Notes: a model not told the origin generated them from the sequence alone. Counted from the stretch's first letter, positions 25,737 to 37,484 are shown. The stretch is DNA of 50,234 nt from Chromera velia (GCA_018398765.1 JAHBMJ010000337.1:1-50234), one strand, 5' to 3'. Numbers and translations are program-made.

Positions 25737-28700
25737 TGTCGACGAATAGAGAAAAAAACAAACAAACCCAGACCAAAAGAGGCTCGCTTGTCAACCGTGA
25801 AGCCTCAAAAAAGCAGTCGTGGAAGCACTCGTGAACGAATCTAAAAACTATGTGAACTGACCGATAGAGGGAGGAGGCAGAGACACAACGGATTCCAGCA
25901 TGTCGACACGAACGGCAAAAAGCTCGTGTAGACCCGACGTGCTCTGTTGGTGCACAGAGTCTCGCACAGGTCTCTCATATTCGCCCTGTGTGACCAGAAG
26001 AGCGGAGGCAGACGCGGAGGACTGCGAGGCTGTGTCACCATACTGATCTCCAGTCTGTGTCTGAGCCCCTCCTACTGCCCCTGGCTGCATTGGTTTTTGA
26101 TTCGGTCCTGGAGAGACCCCCATCGATTGGGGAAGTGGGACGGTGGAAGGGAGGCCGGTGGTATGCGATGAGGGTGGGTTGCCTGATCCCTTTGGCTGTC
26201 CCTTTCTCTTCTGCAACAGCTCTGCAATCAGACGGGCCTGCTCTTGGTCAGGCCCTGTGGGGAGGGGAAGCTCCGGCTCCTCTCTTGCGGCCTCCAAGCG
26301 TCTGTCCGTCCCCCCCCTCACCCCCTCGTCTCCCCAATTTCCACTCACTGCAGGCCATTGTGCGGTCATCATTGCAGTAGGCGAGTCGGCGGTCTCGTCT
26401 TTCAATTCGGGCACTGCTGGTAGAGAAAGAGAGGACTTGTTTGGGACTGACGGTCGGCCTGCTGAATGGGAAATCTGTGGGTTGTGCAGGGCTGCTGCTG
26501 CACCGTGTGGAATTGTTGTTGGCCGTATGGGCAGCGCAGAGAGGGAATCCCCAAAGGGTGTTGCCGGACCTGAACATGGAGGAGTGGGTCCTCCTCTGAG
26601 TTGTTGATGGACTCCTGAAGGATCGGCTGGGAAGGGAGGGGGGAACTGTCGTGCTCTGAGAAGCGTGAATGATATTCGAGGGAGAGAGACAGAGAGGACC
26701 GTGAAGGATGAAGAAGAATGAAGAATGTCCAACTTGTCCAAGATTTCATTTTCATCGAGAGGATCTCCAGAAGGTGAGTGGGAAGACGAAAAGGGCCTTT
26801 TGTCCTCCCCCTTCATATTCACAGTCTCTCCCCGGGATTCACGGAACACCCCAGAGTCTGTTCTCTTTTTCTCTGCATTTGCCGCTTCCTCCTCTTCTTC
26901 CTCTTCCTCATCAGAGTCTCCGAACACAACGTCCATGGCCCATCCCATCCAGCCAGATGATTTCTTCTCGTTTCCCTTCTTCTTCTTGTCTTCCCTCTCC
27001 CTCTCTACAACTGACACTCCCCCTCCCATCTCCCCTTCAGCACCTCCCCCCTGTACAGGAGGACCCCCGAGGACCTCAACCTCGCCAACCAAACGTCCCC
27101 CTGAGACATCCCCCCGCAGAGACCCTGACGGCCTCTCCCCCCCCGTCTCTGAGAGCTCACGGAGAGATCCCGTCTCCTCAGCTGCATCCACCGGCAGCAT
27201 GATTGATTACAAAGGAGAAAGAAAGGGCAGCAGAACAAGTGAAGATAGGGAGGGAATCAGAAAACAAAACAAAACGATCGAAGGGCACCAAACAGGTCCA
27301 CAGAGAATCAAGGGCAGCTAGTGGGGAGGACCAAAGCAAGCTTGCACAATCCAACCAACCCACAAACAAAATTGACGAAGCATCGATTGAACAAATGGCC
27401 CTCCCCAGGGCCACCTGGCTCTTCCGCCCACACTTTAATTCAGTCATTCACATGTTCCGACCTGAAGTCGTGCCTTCCCCTGCTGTCGGCCTCAGGACGC
27501 TGTCGCCGTCGCCTCCTCTCCCCCCGTCCGTGTTTCCCTTTTTGCCCGCAGAGACCGCAGCGGGACCTCCAAGGGCAGGGATTCCTCTCGCGGAGACGCC
27601 CTTTCCCTTGCCCATGTTCCGACACGAAGACAGAAGGGCCCCCCACTGAGCCGTGGTCATTTGAAGGGAAAGGGCACCCTGCAAGTTTGGAAGAACGAGA
27701 TCGGTTGCAAAGAAAGAACAGAAGAGGAATCTTATGCATTAGTCCATCTTCAAGCGAACCACCGACACAGACAAAAGAAAGAAGATTCTTCGCATGTGCT
27801 CTGACAAAACAGCTGTTCCTTACCCCCCGTCGCCACGGAGTCGTGTTGCATGCACGTGCCTCGACTGCTCGCGCATTCAACACACTTTCTGCATGAGTGC
27901 GACAAGCCTGGATGTGCATCCAGATAGGCAGAAGAACAGTCGAATCAGGAATGACACGGCGATTCCAATCGTGGGTGGGATCACAAGCAGGGACACACAC
28001 TCCAAGAAACGTTCTGCTGACACGGGTGACAGAACCGGAAATGAATTTGGGCAACTGACCACTTGCAGATCCAAACGCAGAGGCTCCAACGGAATACCTG
28101 CGGAAATGAAAATTCGTTGTTTTAGGTCCGTTACTAAAAACAAACCTGTGAAGGTTCACGTGAATTGAAACTCGGGAGAAGAGAAGAGAAGAGAAGAGAA
28201 CAGAAGAGAACGTACGAAAAAATGGCGAACGGAGAAGTGGATGACGAGACGAGGAGAGCGTTGGAGATGCAAGCGCTTTTATTTCACTTTTTCACCTCGA
28301 AATTTCACTTACGTGCTTTTCCCGCGCTTTGCTTTGGCCGTGCGAGAGGCAGGACGAGGAAGACTCTCAGACAGGCTCTGGAGAGGACTGGGGCCTCTGC
28401 CCTGTGCCGTCTCTCCTTGGCCTCTCTTTCGACAGCGGCACCACCAGCAGGAGCGAGAGAAGGGGGGGGCAGGGGTGCGAGGGGGAGTCCTGTCGAGATG
28501 TTGATGCCGCTTTGGTGTTGCTGTTGTTGTGCGTTTTTGAGGAGATCGAGGCACACAGTGATGTCGTTCGCCTCGCCGACTGCAGAGCAGAAAAGAGGAG
28601 AGAAGAGAAGAGAAGCGTGAGTGAGGCAGAATGCAAGAAGGCAACTTGAAGACTTCTGTACCCAACTGACTGATTTCACTAGAGATATCTGGGGGGGGAA

Positions 28701-31700
28701 CGCTTTGACGAACACGGCGGACAGTACCCCATTGCATGCCATCCTCCGGCACATTCAGCAAACCGGCCAAGACAGACAGGAAAAAGAAGGGACACTCTGC
28801 AGTTTTTTTTCATTCCAACAGAACCCCCCCAAAGTCGCAAACAAACCAAATGCGCTCATTGACTTTTTGCCTTGCTCTCTCTTTCTCTCTCTCTGACCTC
28901 TATGTACAAGCTGCTGGGGCCCTTGAGGAACGCAGAATCGCTTTTTCCACTCAGGAGGTGGGGAGGTCGGGAAGAAGACGATCTCTGCAAAGAAATGAAA
29001 CAGCGCAGAGGGACCTCCGTGACACAGTGAGTGAGTCTAAGACCAACGCCATAGAGGCCCGTAGAAGCGGACAAAAAGGAAGAGAAAGAGGCAGCTGCGG
29101 AAAGGAAGGAAAGGAGGAATGAAGACCAACATACACAGAAAAGGATAAGTCTCGGGCAGCAAAGGAAAGCACACACACACACAGAGAGAGAGAGAGAGGG
29201 GGGGAGGGAGAGAGGGAGAGGGAGAGAGGGAGGGAGAGATTGCACATCTCCTTGTCTCCTGTTCTCTGTCAAGTCTTCCTTCTTACAAGGCCTGCCTGCC
29301 TGCCTGTCTGCATCCCGACTAACCTCCCACTGTCACAGAGGCGACAACGCGGGCCCTCTTGTCAACGAATTTGAGAACCAGATTCGTCACGGAGACCACC
29401 AAGTTTGCAAGAATTGTTTTCAGAAGCGACAGCACCCAGCCTGAAAGCAAGCGCAGTCGTTTCAACAGAACGAAAGGAACAGAAGGGAGAACAGAGAACA
29501 GTGCACAGGAGAGCACAAGAAGAAGAAGAAGAAGAAGAAGAAGAAGGGATCGGGTCAAGAGAGGGGCCCTGAACCCACCCAGGAACGAAAATGAAATTAA
29601 GTCCCTGTGTGGAAGTGCTGCTGACTTCCTGAAGATGCCTTGAAAGATCTGGAGCGCCCCATTCAGGCACACCCATGACCGAAAGAAAAGAAGCAAATTA
29701 GCAAACCTGAAACTCCAAATTCGACCTCCCCCCCCCGGACTTCTAAGAGGGGAAGGAAGAGGCAGAGAGAGAAACGAACCCGAAGGACTCACTCGCACAA
29801 AGAAAAATAAGGGGGCAAGGATCCGCCATCTCCGACCTGTCTGCTGTGGCTGAGAAGAAGCAACCACCGGTGCTCCACCCCCCCCACTCGCAATCGGAGA
29901 GGCCGCTTGGCCTGACTCTGCAGAGAAACGATGGGCGTGGAGAAGGTACGGAAGACACGTAGCCGTTCACGCAAACGTCCACAGGCATGCAGAGAGATTT
30001 GTTGGTGCGCCTCCTTGACGGCGCTTCTCTCTTCCCCTCTGCGCTTGCATCCTGCCTTCGTGCCACTCCCACGACCGTCTCACGGTCTTGTTCATTGATT
30101 CAATTCTAATTGTAAGTCCGCATCCACCCCCCACGCAAGCAAATAAAGATCATCTTTCAGCTCAGGAAGTTTCACCTAAGGGTCACTTCACACCCAGTCA
30201 TCTTCCCTCTGATGAAACCCGTCATCTTCAGTTCGCTTCGGCACGAAATCTGGTTAGGCGGCACAACAAACGAAGAGTAAAAACGGAGACCCCTGTCCGG
30301 CCTCAGTAATCAAATGGACTCAGATGCTTTTGGGCTCACCTCAATTGAGGGCGCAAGAGAGGGGAACTATCGAAGGAGAAGGAGCTGAAAGGAGAGAATA
30401 CACGTACTTACCTGCAGCCTCTACACCAACAGAGCCCGCAGAGGAGGACGGGACCCCGGCAGAATTGATATAGCCATCCACCGACATCGGGACAGGCACA
30501 CTGCCGTCTCCCCCCTCGACCCCCACTCCCGTTCTCCCCGTCTCCCCCCTTGCAGTTGAGTCTCCCGCTTTCCCTCGAGAAGCACCACCGCCGTCTTCGC
30601 TTTCACTGCGGTTGTCGGCTGACGGGAAGGGAACGCCGTCTCCGGGGCGCGGTGGAGGAGCAAACCCTGAACAGACGCACATATGTGCAAGCAAACTTCG
30701 GGTATACAGAGTGACAAGAAAGAGAAAGCCTGGAAGAGTGATGGGGTAGGCAGGGGGGGTGAGAGTGGAGACACTGCCTCAGTATTTCTTCCTCCTTCCA
30801 TTCCTCCTTTCTTGTGCTTCCCCCTCCTACTCCACTCACAAATCGAAGGCGGCGAGGTCATTCCTTTTTTTTCTTACACCCCCCCCTTCAATCAGACGAA
30901 TCCACTGTCTTCAACCCCTTTGCATCCGTTAACCCGGACCAAGTCAAGTGCTTTCTCTCCCTGTACTATTCTGCTTCCTCAATTCCACAACACCGCACTA
31001 CTTTGCACACAGACTCTCTGCAGCCCGGGATACAAAAATAGCCCCTCACGAGTGAATCTCGTAGAAATCAATATACACATAAAGAAACACATCTGCAGGC
31101 TGACTTACCATGCCCCTCTGCCACAGATGGACTGGCATCAGTCGCCTGCATGGACACGGAGGGAAGAGGAAAGGAAATTGGAGCAAGGAGACATGCAACT
31201 GCCACGCTGAAAGCACGAGAGCGACAACTGAAAAGAAACATGCAAACAAAGGAAAAAGAGGGCTGGGCGCATTGGCGAGACAAAGGGAAAAGGAAGTCTG
31301 GCAAGGCGTGAGAAAGAAAAGAAAGCAATCCGGAGATAATAGGAAGAAGGAAGGGACAGAGGAAGCGAGGGATCGACAGAGACAGACCACTTCAACTTCG
31401 TCTTTTTGAGTCACCACCACTTCAATGAAGTCGATCGACACGCGCGCAGAAGATCCTCGAAGAGCGTTCCACGGGACCTGTCAGGGACCCGAAGGAAGGA
31501 AGGAAGGAAGGAAGGAAGGAAGACCGACATGGGAGAGGAGGGGCGTGAGCAAGAGAGATGGAAGCAAGAAGAAAGGCACACAGAAAGCAATGCAGATGTC
31601 ACAGGCGGTCTCTAGTAAAAAAAAGCCCCCCCTTTCGACCCTCTGTTCCCACTCTTGCCAAATCCATTCGATGAGGAAGCATTCCACCTCTTCTATTTCC

Positions 31701-32116
31701 GTTCTGCATGCACGAACGTTCACCCAGCTCCTTTCCCGACAAGAATTCGATCCCCGGCCAGCATGTACTGTGCGCTCACCTGAATTCTGAGCTCTTTGAT
31801 GAACCCCCGCGTCAACCTGCACAGGCACACACGCACACACACACGGACGTATGCTCGTGAAACAGACGAAGGGAGGGGGGGGAATTCGAAAACAGTGCGT
31901 GCATGCCTGCGACGAGAAAGTGGTGGCCTTCTTTTCCTGCTAGACTGACTCAAAGGGCTCCGGTACTTTGAGAATATTCTGCAGCACATCCAGTTTGAGT
32001 TCCAAGTTCTGCAGGGCGATGTCCCCGCTCCAGAGCGAGAAGGACTCGGTCTGAATGTCCTTGATGTACTGATTCGCATAGTGCAGAATGATGCGAGTGA
32101 GAATGGTCTCCAGCAT
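3989..32116 (-). CDS. VPS13B: VPS13B-like (chorein family) bridge-like lipid transfer protein, multi-exon gene (>20 exons; middle exon boundaries only partly resolved)
   Basis: Hand-spliced N-terminus MLETILTRIILHYANQYIKDIQTESFSLWSGDIALQNLELKLDVLQNILKVPEPFE|LTRGFIKELRIQ|VPWNAL matches the Chorein_N domain and most closely resembles the recalled VPS13B start (MLESYVTPILMSYVNRYIKNL...SLWGGDVVLSKLELKLDVL...ELRIHVPW). Further VPS13B-like blocks: LLKTILANLVVSVTNLVLKFVD (~29400), NDITVCLD (~28560), GWMGWAMDVV (~26940), LGAHYAALALLEAP..GLFSFDLLGNPAKAARHVARGVAELL..FARHLSSASLSTISSFSDSLRRN (6780-6230), VGAVSRPIGSLLGTIS (~6050). Every junction I walked was GT-AG and phase-consistent. Confidence 0.92.
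5035..7497 (-). CDS. VPS13B: VPS13B C-terminal exons (7497-6720, 6405-5035): VPS13_C/APT1, ATG2_C helices and PH-like region
   Basis: ORFs 6634..7560 and 5003..6481 join in phase (GCA G|gttcgt ... ccgcag|GA TTG). They carry the HY..ALLEA, FDLLGNP and GAVSRPIG motifs of the VPS13 C-terminus. Confidence 0.88.
13843..22056 (-). CDS. VPS13B: VPS13B giant central exon (~8.2 kb, 2738 codons): rod/RBG region plus VAB (SHR-BD)-like repeats
   Basis: Lies within the 2751-aa ORF 13807..22062. Acceptor ttgcag|GGA at 22056 and donor cag|gtgggt at 13843 give a length divisible by 3. Contains recurring VAB-type motifs (VRVMNLLPVPV, PSILLESALP, PPFVIENALPLPL, PFFSVENLTGVAI, APVRMSNRSPHPL). Confidence 0.85.
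31388..32116 (-). CDS. VPS13B: VPS13B exons 1-3 encoding Chorein_N (32116-31950, 31816-31780, 31477-31388)
   Basis: ATG at 32116. Donors gtcagt, gtgagc and gtctgt with cag acceptors join in frame to give the Chorein_N motifs SLWSGD, LELKLDVL and LRIQVPW. The true start is not annotated in the ORF track. Confidence 0.9.
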
Positions 32117-32589
32117 GATGATCGTGACGCAGTGGGCGTCTGTGGGGCACGATGAGAGAGAAAGTAACTTCGGAGACGGCGAGGCAGGGATGAGTGGATA
32201 CGCAGAGAGACAAGGACAGGACCTTCAAAATGACAGTCTGCGGCAGCAATCGAGGGCAGAAAACGATTCCGAGCACATGGATGCGTTCGCTTCGGTCCTG
32301 TCTCCTGGACTTTCAGTATGCTAATATCCACACCTGGGGTACTTTCAGGACGGCTTGACACTTCAATCGACTGAGTTCGTCGACTTGAGAACAAAGAGAA
32401 CTTGACTGGATCTTTCAATCCCGACAAAATTCATCAAGCCTCCCCACTCTCGGCAATTTATGGAGGGTCAGCTCCATTCGTGGCGATGGTCAGCAGACTT
32501 TGAGAAAAGTATAATAACGAAAGGGTTGCAATGCCAGTCCCCCAGTTGGTGTCAGACTTTCCGCCCAAGTTTCTCGAGAAGTTCATGCA

Positions 32590-32641
32590 GCGCGTGCAGC
32601 CCGCGGGCCGCCCGCGGCCGGCGGCCGGCCGCTGGGCGCGC
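32590..32641. other. GC-rich branched palindrome about 470 bp upstream of the VPS13B start codon
   Basis: Hairpin ccgcggg-ccg-cccgcgg (32601-32617) and hairpin ccgg-cgg-ccgg (32618-32628), enclosed by an outer stem gcgcg..cagc / gctg..cgcgc. Function unknown. Confidence 0.5.
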
Positions 32642-33022
32642 CGCCAAAAAATGACCCGCCACCATGGTGACCATGCATTTTCCGTACTCGGATAAAAAGG
32701 GGGTAAAAGGGGGACAATAGGTCTTCCCTCACAGATACAGCAGGGTTAAGGAGGCAGGGCGTAGAAGAGGACAGAGCTAAAAGGACTTTTCTAGACTTTT
32801 CAGGTTAAACTTTGTGGTTATAATTATGATGGTGACTAACAGTGACTAGTAATAACTTGAAGTATAACTTTGTATAATTAGTAATAATCAGCTAGGAGTA
32901 ATTGTGAGTCAGATGGAGTCAGTGTAAAGTGATATAACAAAAAAATTATATACACCAATATAAACTTGACAGTGGACATTAATCCTAATTCTAATCATTT
33001 TTTCTTTCATACATTTATTTAA

Positions 33023-33252
33023 CCTCCCTGAACCTAAGTGCCACTTGAAAAAATATAATCAAGATAATCTCTATCTGCGGCATCGTTTTTCAAAAGACTA
33101 TCCACGCCTGCGGCGTAGACAGTGAAGACACCGTTCAAAAATGTGGCTTTGGCTTTCAAGACACCGTAAATGATCCGCACCTGCGGTGCAGACTTTCAAG
33201 CTTATCTAAAAATGCGGCTTGAACTTTCAAGTGGTAGTTAGGTTCAGGGAGG
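33023..33252. mobile_element. MITE, ~230 bp, ~28-bp TIRs, possibly piggyBac-like
   Basis: TIRs cctccctgaacctaagtgccacttgaaa ... tttcaagtggtagttaggttcagggagg, with 2 mismatches. Left flank is TTAA and the ends are CC/GG. The right flank TCAT is at best a degenerate TSD. Confidence 0.8.
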
Positions 33253-34325
33253 TCATTCATTCCAAAATCCTAACTAGCAATATCCACATGATGTGGCATC
33301 ATTATCATCATCATTAATTAATTAATTATTAATCGGTTTATAGGCCATTATGTAATGCATGAGTCTAGGACAATGCTTTATTGCCCCTTTGCCAGACCTG
33401 CATTATACAACAGGAGGGGACTTTATTCTCGCAACTCTAAACACCCTGCATCTAGAAGATGCTTTCTCAATCGCTGATGTCGTTTCCCTTCTGTGGGAGG
33501 AGTGCGACGACTGCAACAGAGACTCTCAGGCAGTAGAGGCAGACAGGAAGACTGGTGGAGAGGGGGGACGGGAGATGTACTAGGGAGACGTCTTGGGAGA
33601 TGGAAAAAGAACATTCAAAAGGTGAGACGGGAAGAGAGGTATCATCATAATACGCTATCACCAGTAATGGCTCAGGGTAGCACGGACCTGGAGAGGCTAA
33701 GAAATGATATTAGGAGGATACACACTCACTACGTATATGTAGAAGTCTGTTCATACAGGTCGTATTCAGAAAAGACCTACGAGGAGGCTGGTGTACTTGT
33801 GCTGGCTCTCGTGCTATTTCACACTGCTAGCACTTCCTACCTCCTTCAAATAACTGCTACTGGGATTGTTTAGGCTTCTTTCTATTTCACCATCGGCCTA
33901 TAATAGGCGTCTAGCGTTCCGCAAGTCCACTGAGTGTAAAAACTAGTTTAATTTATAGTTTAGCAGCTTTAGTTATATCACAGTATAACGTTTCTACTGT
34001 TTTTTAGTAAGTTTAGGGCATCTGTCTATATCTGTCAAAGTTCGTAAAGCACGATAACTTTTAAGAATAACTTTAGGGGGTTATAAACCATAAAGTAGAG
34101 TTGTTAAATATCATAGGTGATAAATGTCAGTGTCGACACTTGAGCTTGGAATGACATTAAGTGTCAATGACATTTATATTTTAGTACAGTGTCGACACTT
34201 GTTTTTTTTCATTTGTTGTCACCTTATGCTTGAACTTTCGAGGCAATAATGAAATCAAAAGTTTGCTAAGTCAAACTTCCTATCACCCAAACCTTCAAAT
34301 TATAATTATTCATTGATTTTTAAAC

Positions 34326-35829
34326 GTGAGGGGGTTCACCTTGCTGAGGCCAGTTTGGGAAGTATAGGCTACGCTGATGATCTTGTCTTGTTTGCACATT
34401 CAGCAGCCGACCTCCAAGTAAAATTCGATACCCTGGAGGGGTATTGCAGAAAGTAAGGGTTGAATGTCAATCTGAAGAAGACCAAGGTCCTACGCCTTTG
34501 TGAATACCACGAGGACTGTAACGGCATGATTTTGTACCAAGGGAAGGAAGTATAGATAAGGGTAGACTAGTGTGATCAGTACAAATATGTGGGTTGCCTT
34601 CTATTTGAGGGAGGGGATTTGACTTGGTCGATTGAAGCACGCCTACGCAGTGCAGAGCGTGCAATAAGGGCGGTGATTGGTCTGGCTGCGAGTCTGTCTG
34701 GGTTACCTTTCGGGGGAAAGATGCAGCTGCTGAAGGCGTGCTGGGAGCCGGTGGCACTCTATAGCCTAGAGTGCTTTCCGATAAGACAGGGAGACTGGGA
34801 GGCGATTGACAACTTGCGGCTCTGGTTTGTTCGATGGGTGGCCCGACTTCCGGTCAGGAGTTTGTGTGTACCGTCTCTTTTATCTGTTAATTTAATGTCT
34901 GCTCGCGCACTCTTGTGTGCTCGTTTTGCTTCATTCTAGATTGCACTTAGCCGTTTGCATCTCCATATTCCTCAGACTCTTTTGAATTCATAGAAGGGAT
35001 CAGTGGGGCAGAAGTAAAGAAGAGCCGTCAATGGTCTGTTCAGATGGGCCCCGAAGGGGAATTTGTTTGTTTCTGCCAAAATTAAGGATGCCTGGGGAAT
35101 GGAATGCATGAAAAGGGGAGACAGAGAAGATAGGGGCAACTTCCCCCTGTCTGCCTCTTTATCAGGACTACAGAGAGCTCTTCCGTCTTCTTCACGTTCT
35201 TCTCTATTTCTTTTGTCTTCAAAGAATGACCCCACAGTACGAATGTCCTGTCTGCCGAGAAGTGCCTTATGTGAGAAGATTGAGCCACTTCTAAGGGCAT
35301 TGACACTAAATCGGAAGGGTCTGATGGGGAGGGCCAACTCTCCGGGAGAGGTGTTTTATCTGGCAGAGGGTTATTCAAATGGAAGAAAAATTGATGATCT
35401 CTGGCACCGGCTTTCAGTATGCTCCAATTAGGTAGAAGCAAGAAATAAACTAAACAAAGTGGTAGAGGGAAAGAAAGTGAAGCAAAGGATTCAGAGAGAA
35501 GGAATTGAAGGATCGGATGCAGCCAAAACAGAAGTGAGGAAGATGCTGCTTTTAGCTTTACAAGTCGATCCATATGAAGCATGCAGAGCCGTTTGCGATC
35601 TTTGTTACTCACTGTGCACGCCTGTTCTATGTGAACACGACCTTTTCTTCTTCTGTTCGAGTCTTCTATTACCACCTCCAATGCGCATGCTGCTCGTGAG
35701 CTCACCAAGCGAGCACTTCAGGGGATTTCACGCTTAGCCTTATCTCTAGAGTTGAGTGATTGATGATCTCTGGCATGAACATGGGCTGCTGGGAGCACGG
35801 CTCCACTCTAACAAAGCCAACTTCATTCA
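34326..35829 (+). mobile_element. 5'-truncated, decayed non-LTR retrotransposon (LINE): RT C-terminal part through the 3' end
   Basis: Translation GYADDLVLFAHSAADLQVKFDTLEGYCRK*GLNVNLKKTKVL (YADD at ~34370), QYKYVG motif and C-terminal DDLWHRLSVC, with stops and frameshifts. Has a (TTCA)n tail and a candidate 17-bp TSD ttcattgatttttaaac (34309-34325) / ttcattcatttataaac (35830-35846). Confidence 0.88.
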
Positions 35830-35866
35830 TTCATTCATTTATAAACAAAAATTGAAACTGATGAAA

Positions 35867-36105
35867 CTAGGCTCTGCACTCCATAAAAAAAAAAAAAAAA
35901 GTTTCCAATCTTTTTTTTATTTATTTATCAACTGAAAAGTATATGGTTTTCAATATAAGTTATTATGCAACACCCCGTGCAACACTCTTGCAATACTTGA
36001 ACAACAGTTGTTTACCTATTGAATGCCTTGATAAATAAAAAAAAAATCCATTAAAAAAAAACTTTTTCTCTTCTTTTTTTTTTTTTAATGTAGTGCAGAG
36101 CCTAG
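35867..36105. mobile_element. MITE (CTAGGCT family, hAT-like 8-bp TSD), copy A
   Basis: TIRs ctaggctctgcact / agtgcagagcctag. Perfect TSD tgatgaaa on both sides. Confidence 0.9.
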
Positions 36106-36469
36106 TGATGAAACGTTTTATGATTAAAGTTGACTGTAGTTGACTGGTTTTTTATGGATTTTTAAAGAGCCGCATATACGGTTGGGGACGGTCGGTGCGA
36201 AAAACGTATTGAATACTAATAAAAATGCCGTTTTTACTTAAAAATGTCGCTATAAGTGTCAGTGTCGACACTTTAGTAATTGAAAGTATCAACACACGAC
36301 ACTAATGACATTTAACAACTCTACCGTAAAGTTACTGCACTATCTGGGTAACTCTTAAAGTCTTGGTATAATAGCGTAGTGACGCCGCTGTAGTCTACAG
36401 CCGCTACTATAGCGTATGACCTTCTCTTACTATCTCCAAGCTTTAATTGCCTGTGATCGGGAATCCTAT

Positions 36470-36545
36470 CAAAGATGTTTAATCACAAAATATATTTATT
36501 CACTAGTTACTCACTTCAAAAGTAATATAATCAGGAATATATTTC
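36470..36545 (+). repeat. Short dispersed repeat, with a second copy at ~46684-46765
   Basis: Both sites share caaag(a/g)tgtttaatca and tttattca(c/g)tagttactcacttcaaaagtaatata. Confidence 0.75.
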
Positions 36546-37104
36546 TAAATTAACCCCCAGGCTACATTTTTGATTTTTTTTTTAACACAGTTTGTGACTA
36601 TAAAAAATTAGTTTGAAAAAAGATAAACAGCGGCTATCTAGCTGTTAGGCACTGTTAATAGGCAGTAGTATTACTATACTAGAGTGTGTTACAGTGTTAC
36701 TAGAATTTTATAAAATCTTATAATTTATAAACTTATTAAACTAGCAAGTAACATATCATATGAATGCGTGGTTGAAAGTTTATACACGTTTTTATTGCAT
36801 GAACATGCACACACTACACCAAAACATGCATGCACACTGCAACACACACTGCATAGCGAAAGGAGGCCTTATTGCATGCACTACGTAAGATGCACTCTTT
36901 TTCACTTTCAGCATTCGAACGCGAAATACCAAAACACCACAAGCACTGTTGAGCAAAAAATCATCTGGGTACAAACAAGCAGAAAGATATATGTAAAGAT
37001 ATAAATGTAGACATCAATCATGCAAACACGCATACAAATAAGAGAAACATGCACATATCGACATCAATTAACACTCGTTGAGTCGTTGCCCCCCTTTTCA
37101 AATT

Positions 37105-37484
37105 TCATCTTTTGGCCGGGGGGTGGCCCTTCGCTTTTACACCTCCAGAGTGAGTCCACACTGGAGCACTGGGGGCCGATCTAATTAGTGCGGGCTTTGA
37201 GGGCCTTGTTGCTTCTCGTTGTACCACTTTCCACCACGCAACTTCGCGTATGCTGATGTACGAACCTCGGTTGTCATAATCTTGGTATATTGCCATATTT
37301 TTTCCATTCACTGTCCCTTCGATCCATCTAATCTAAAGGATTCTCCCTGCTTCCTGACTTCCTTCTTCAGCATCTTCGATTGGAAGCTTGGTTTGCAGTG
37401 CGACCCACGTCTTCAACTTTCTTGACTGATCATTGCCGCGGGAGGCCAATCCTCTGGACATTAATCCTAATCCTAATCCTAATC
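37105..37484 (+). mobile_element. Possible retroelement 3' end with a (AATCCT)n tail
   Basis: A GC-richer patch ends in tggacattaatcctaatcctaatcctaatc. The same terminus tggacattaatcctaattctaatc occurs at ~32973-32996. There is a weak HIFSIHCP (zinc-knuckle-like) translation. Confidence 0.35.

Larger units (their letters stand above)
34096..36323. mobile_element. Non-autonomous hAT-type DNA transposon carrying nested insertions
   Basis: TIRs TAGAGTTGTTAAATATCAT / ATGACATTTAACAACTCTA. 8-bp TSD ccataaag (34088-34095) / ccgtaaag (36324-36331). Subterminal palindrome agtgtcgacact at 34129, 34188 and 36261. Confidence 0.85.

Noticed and set aside
33359..33873. GC-richer patch with short ORFs and a GGDF motif as a gene or endonuclease relic
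   Set aside because: It has several stops and no second supporting motif, so it cannot be assigned without a search.
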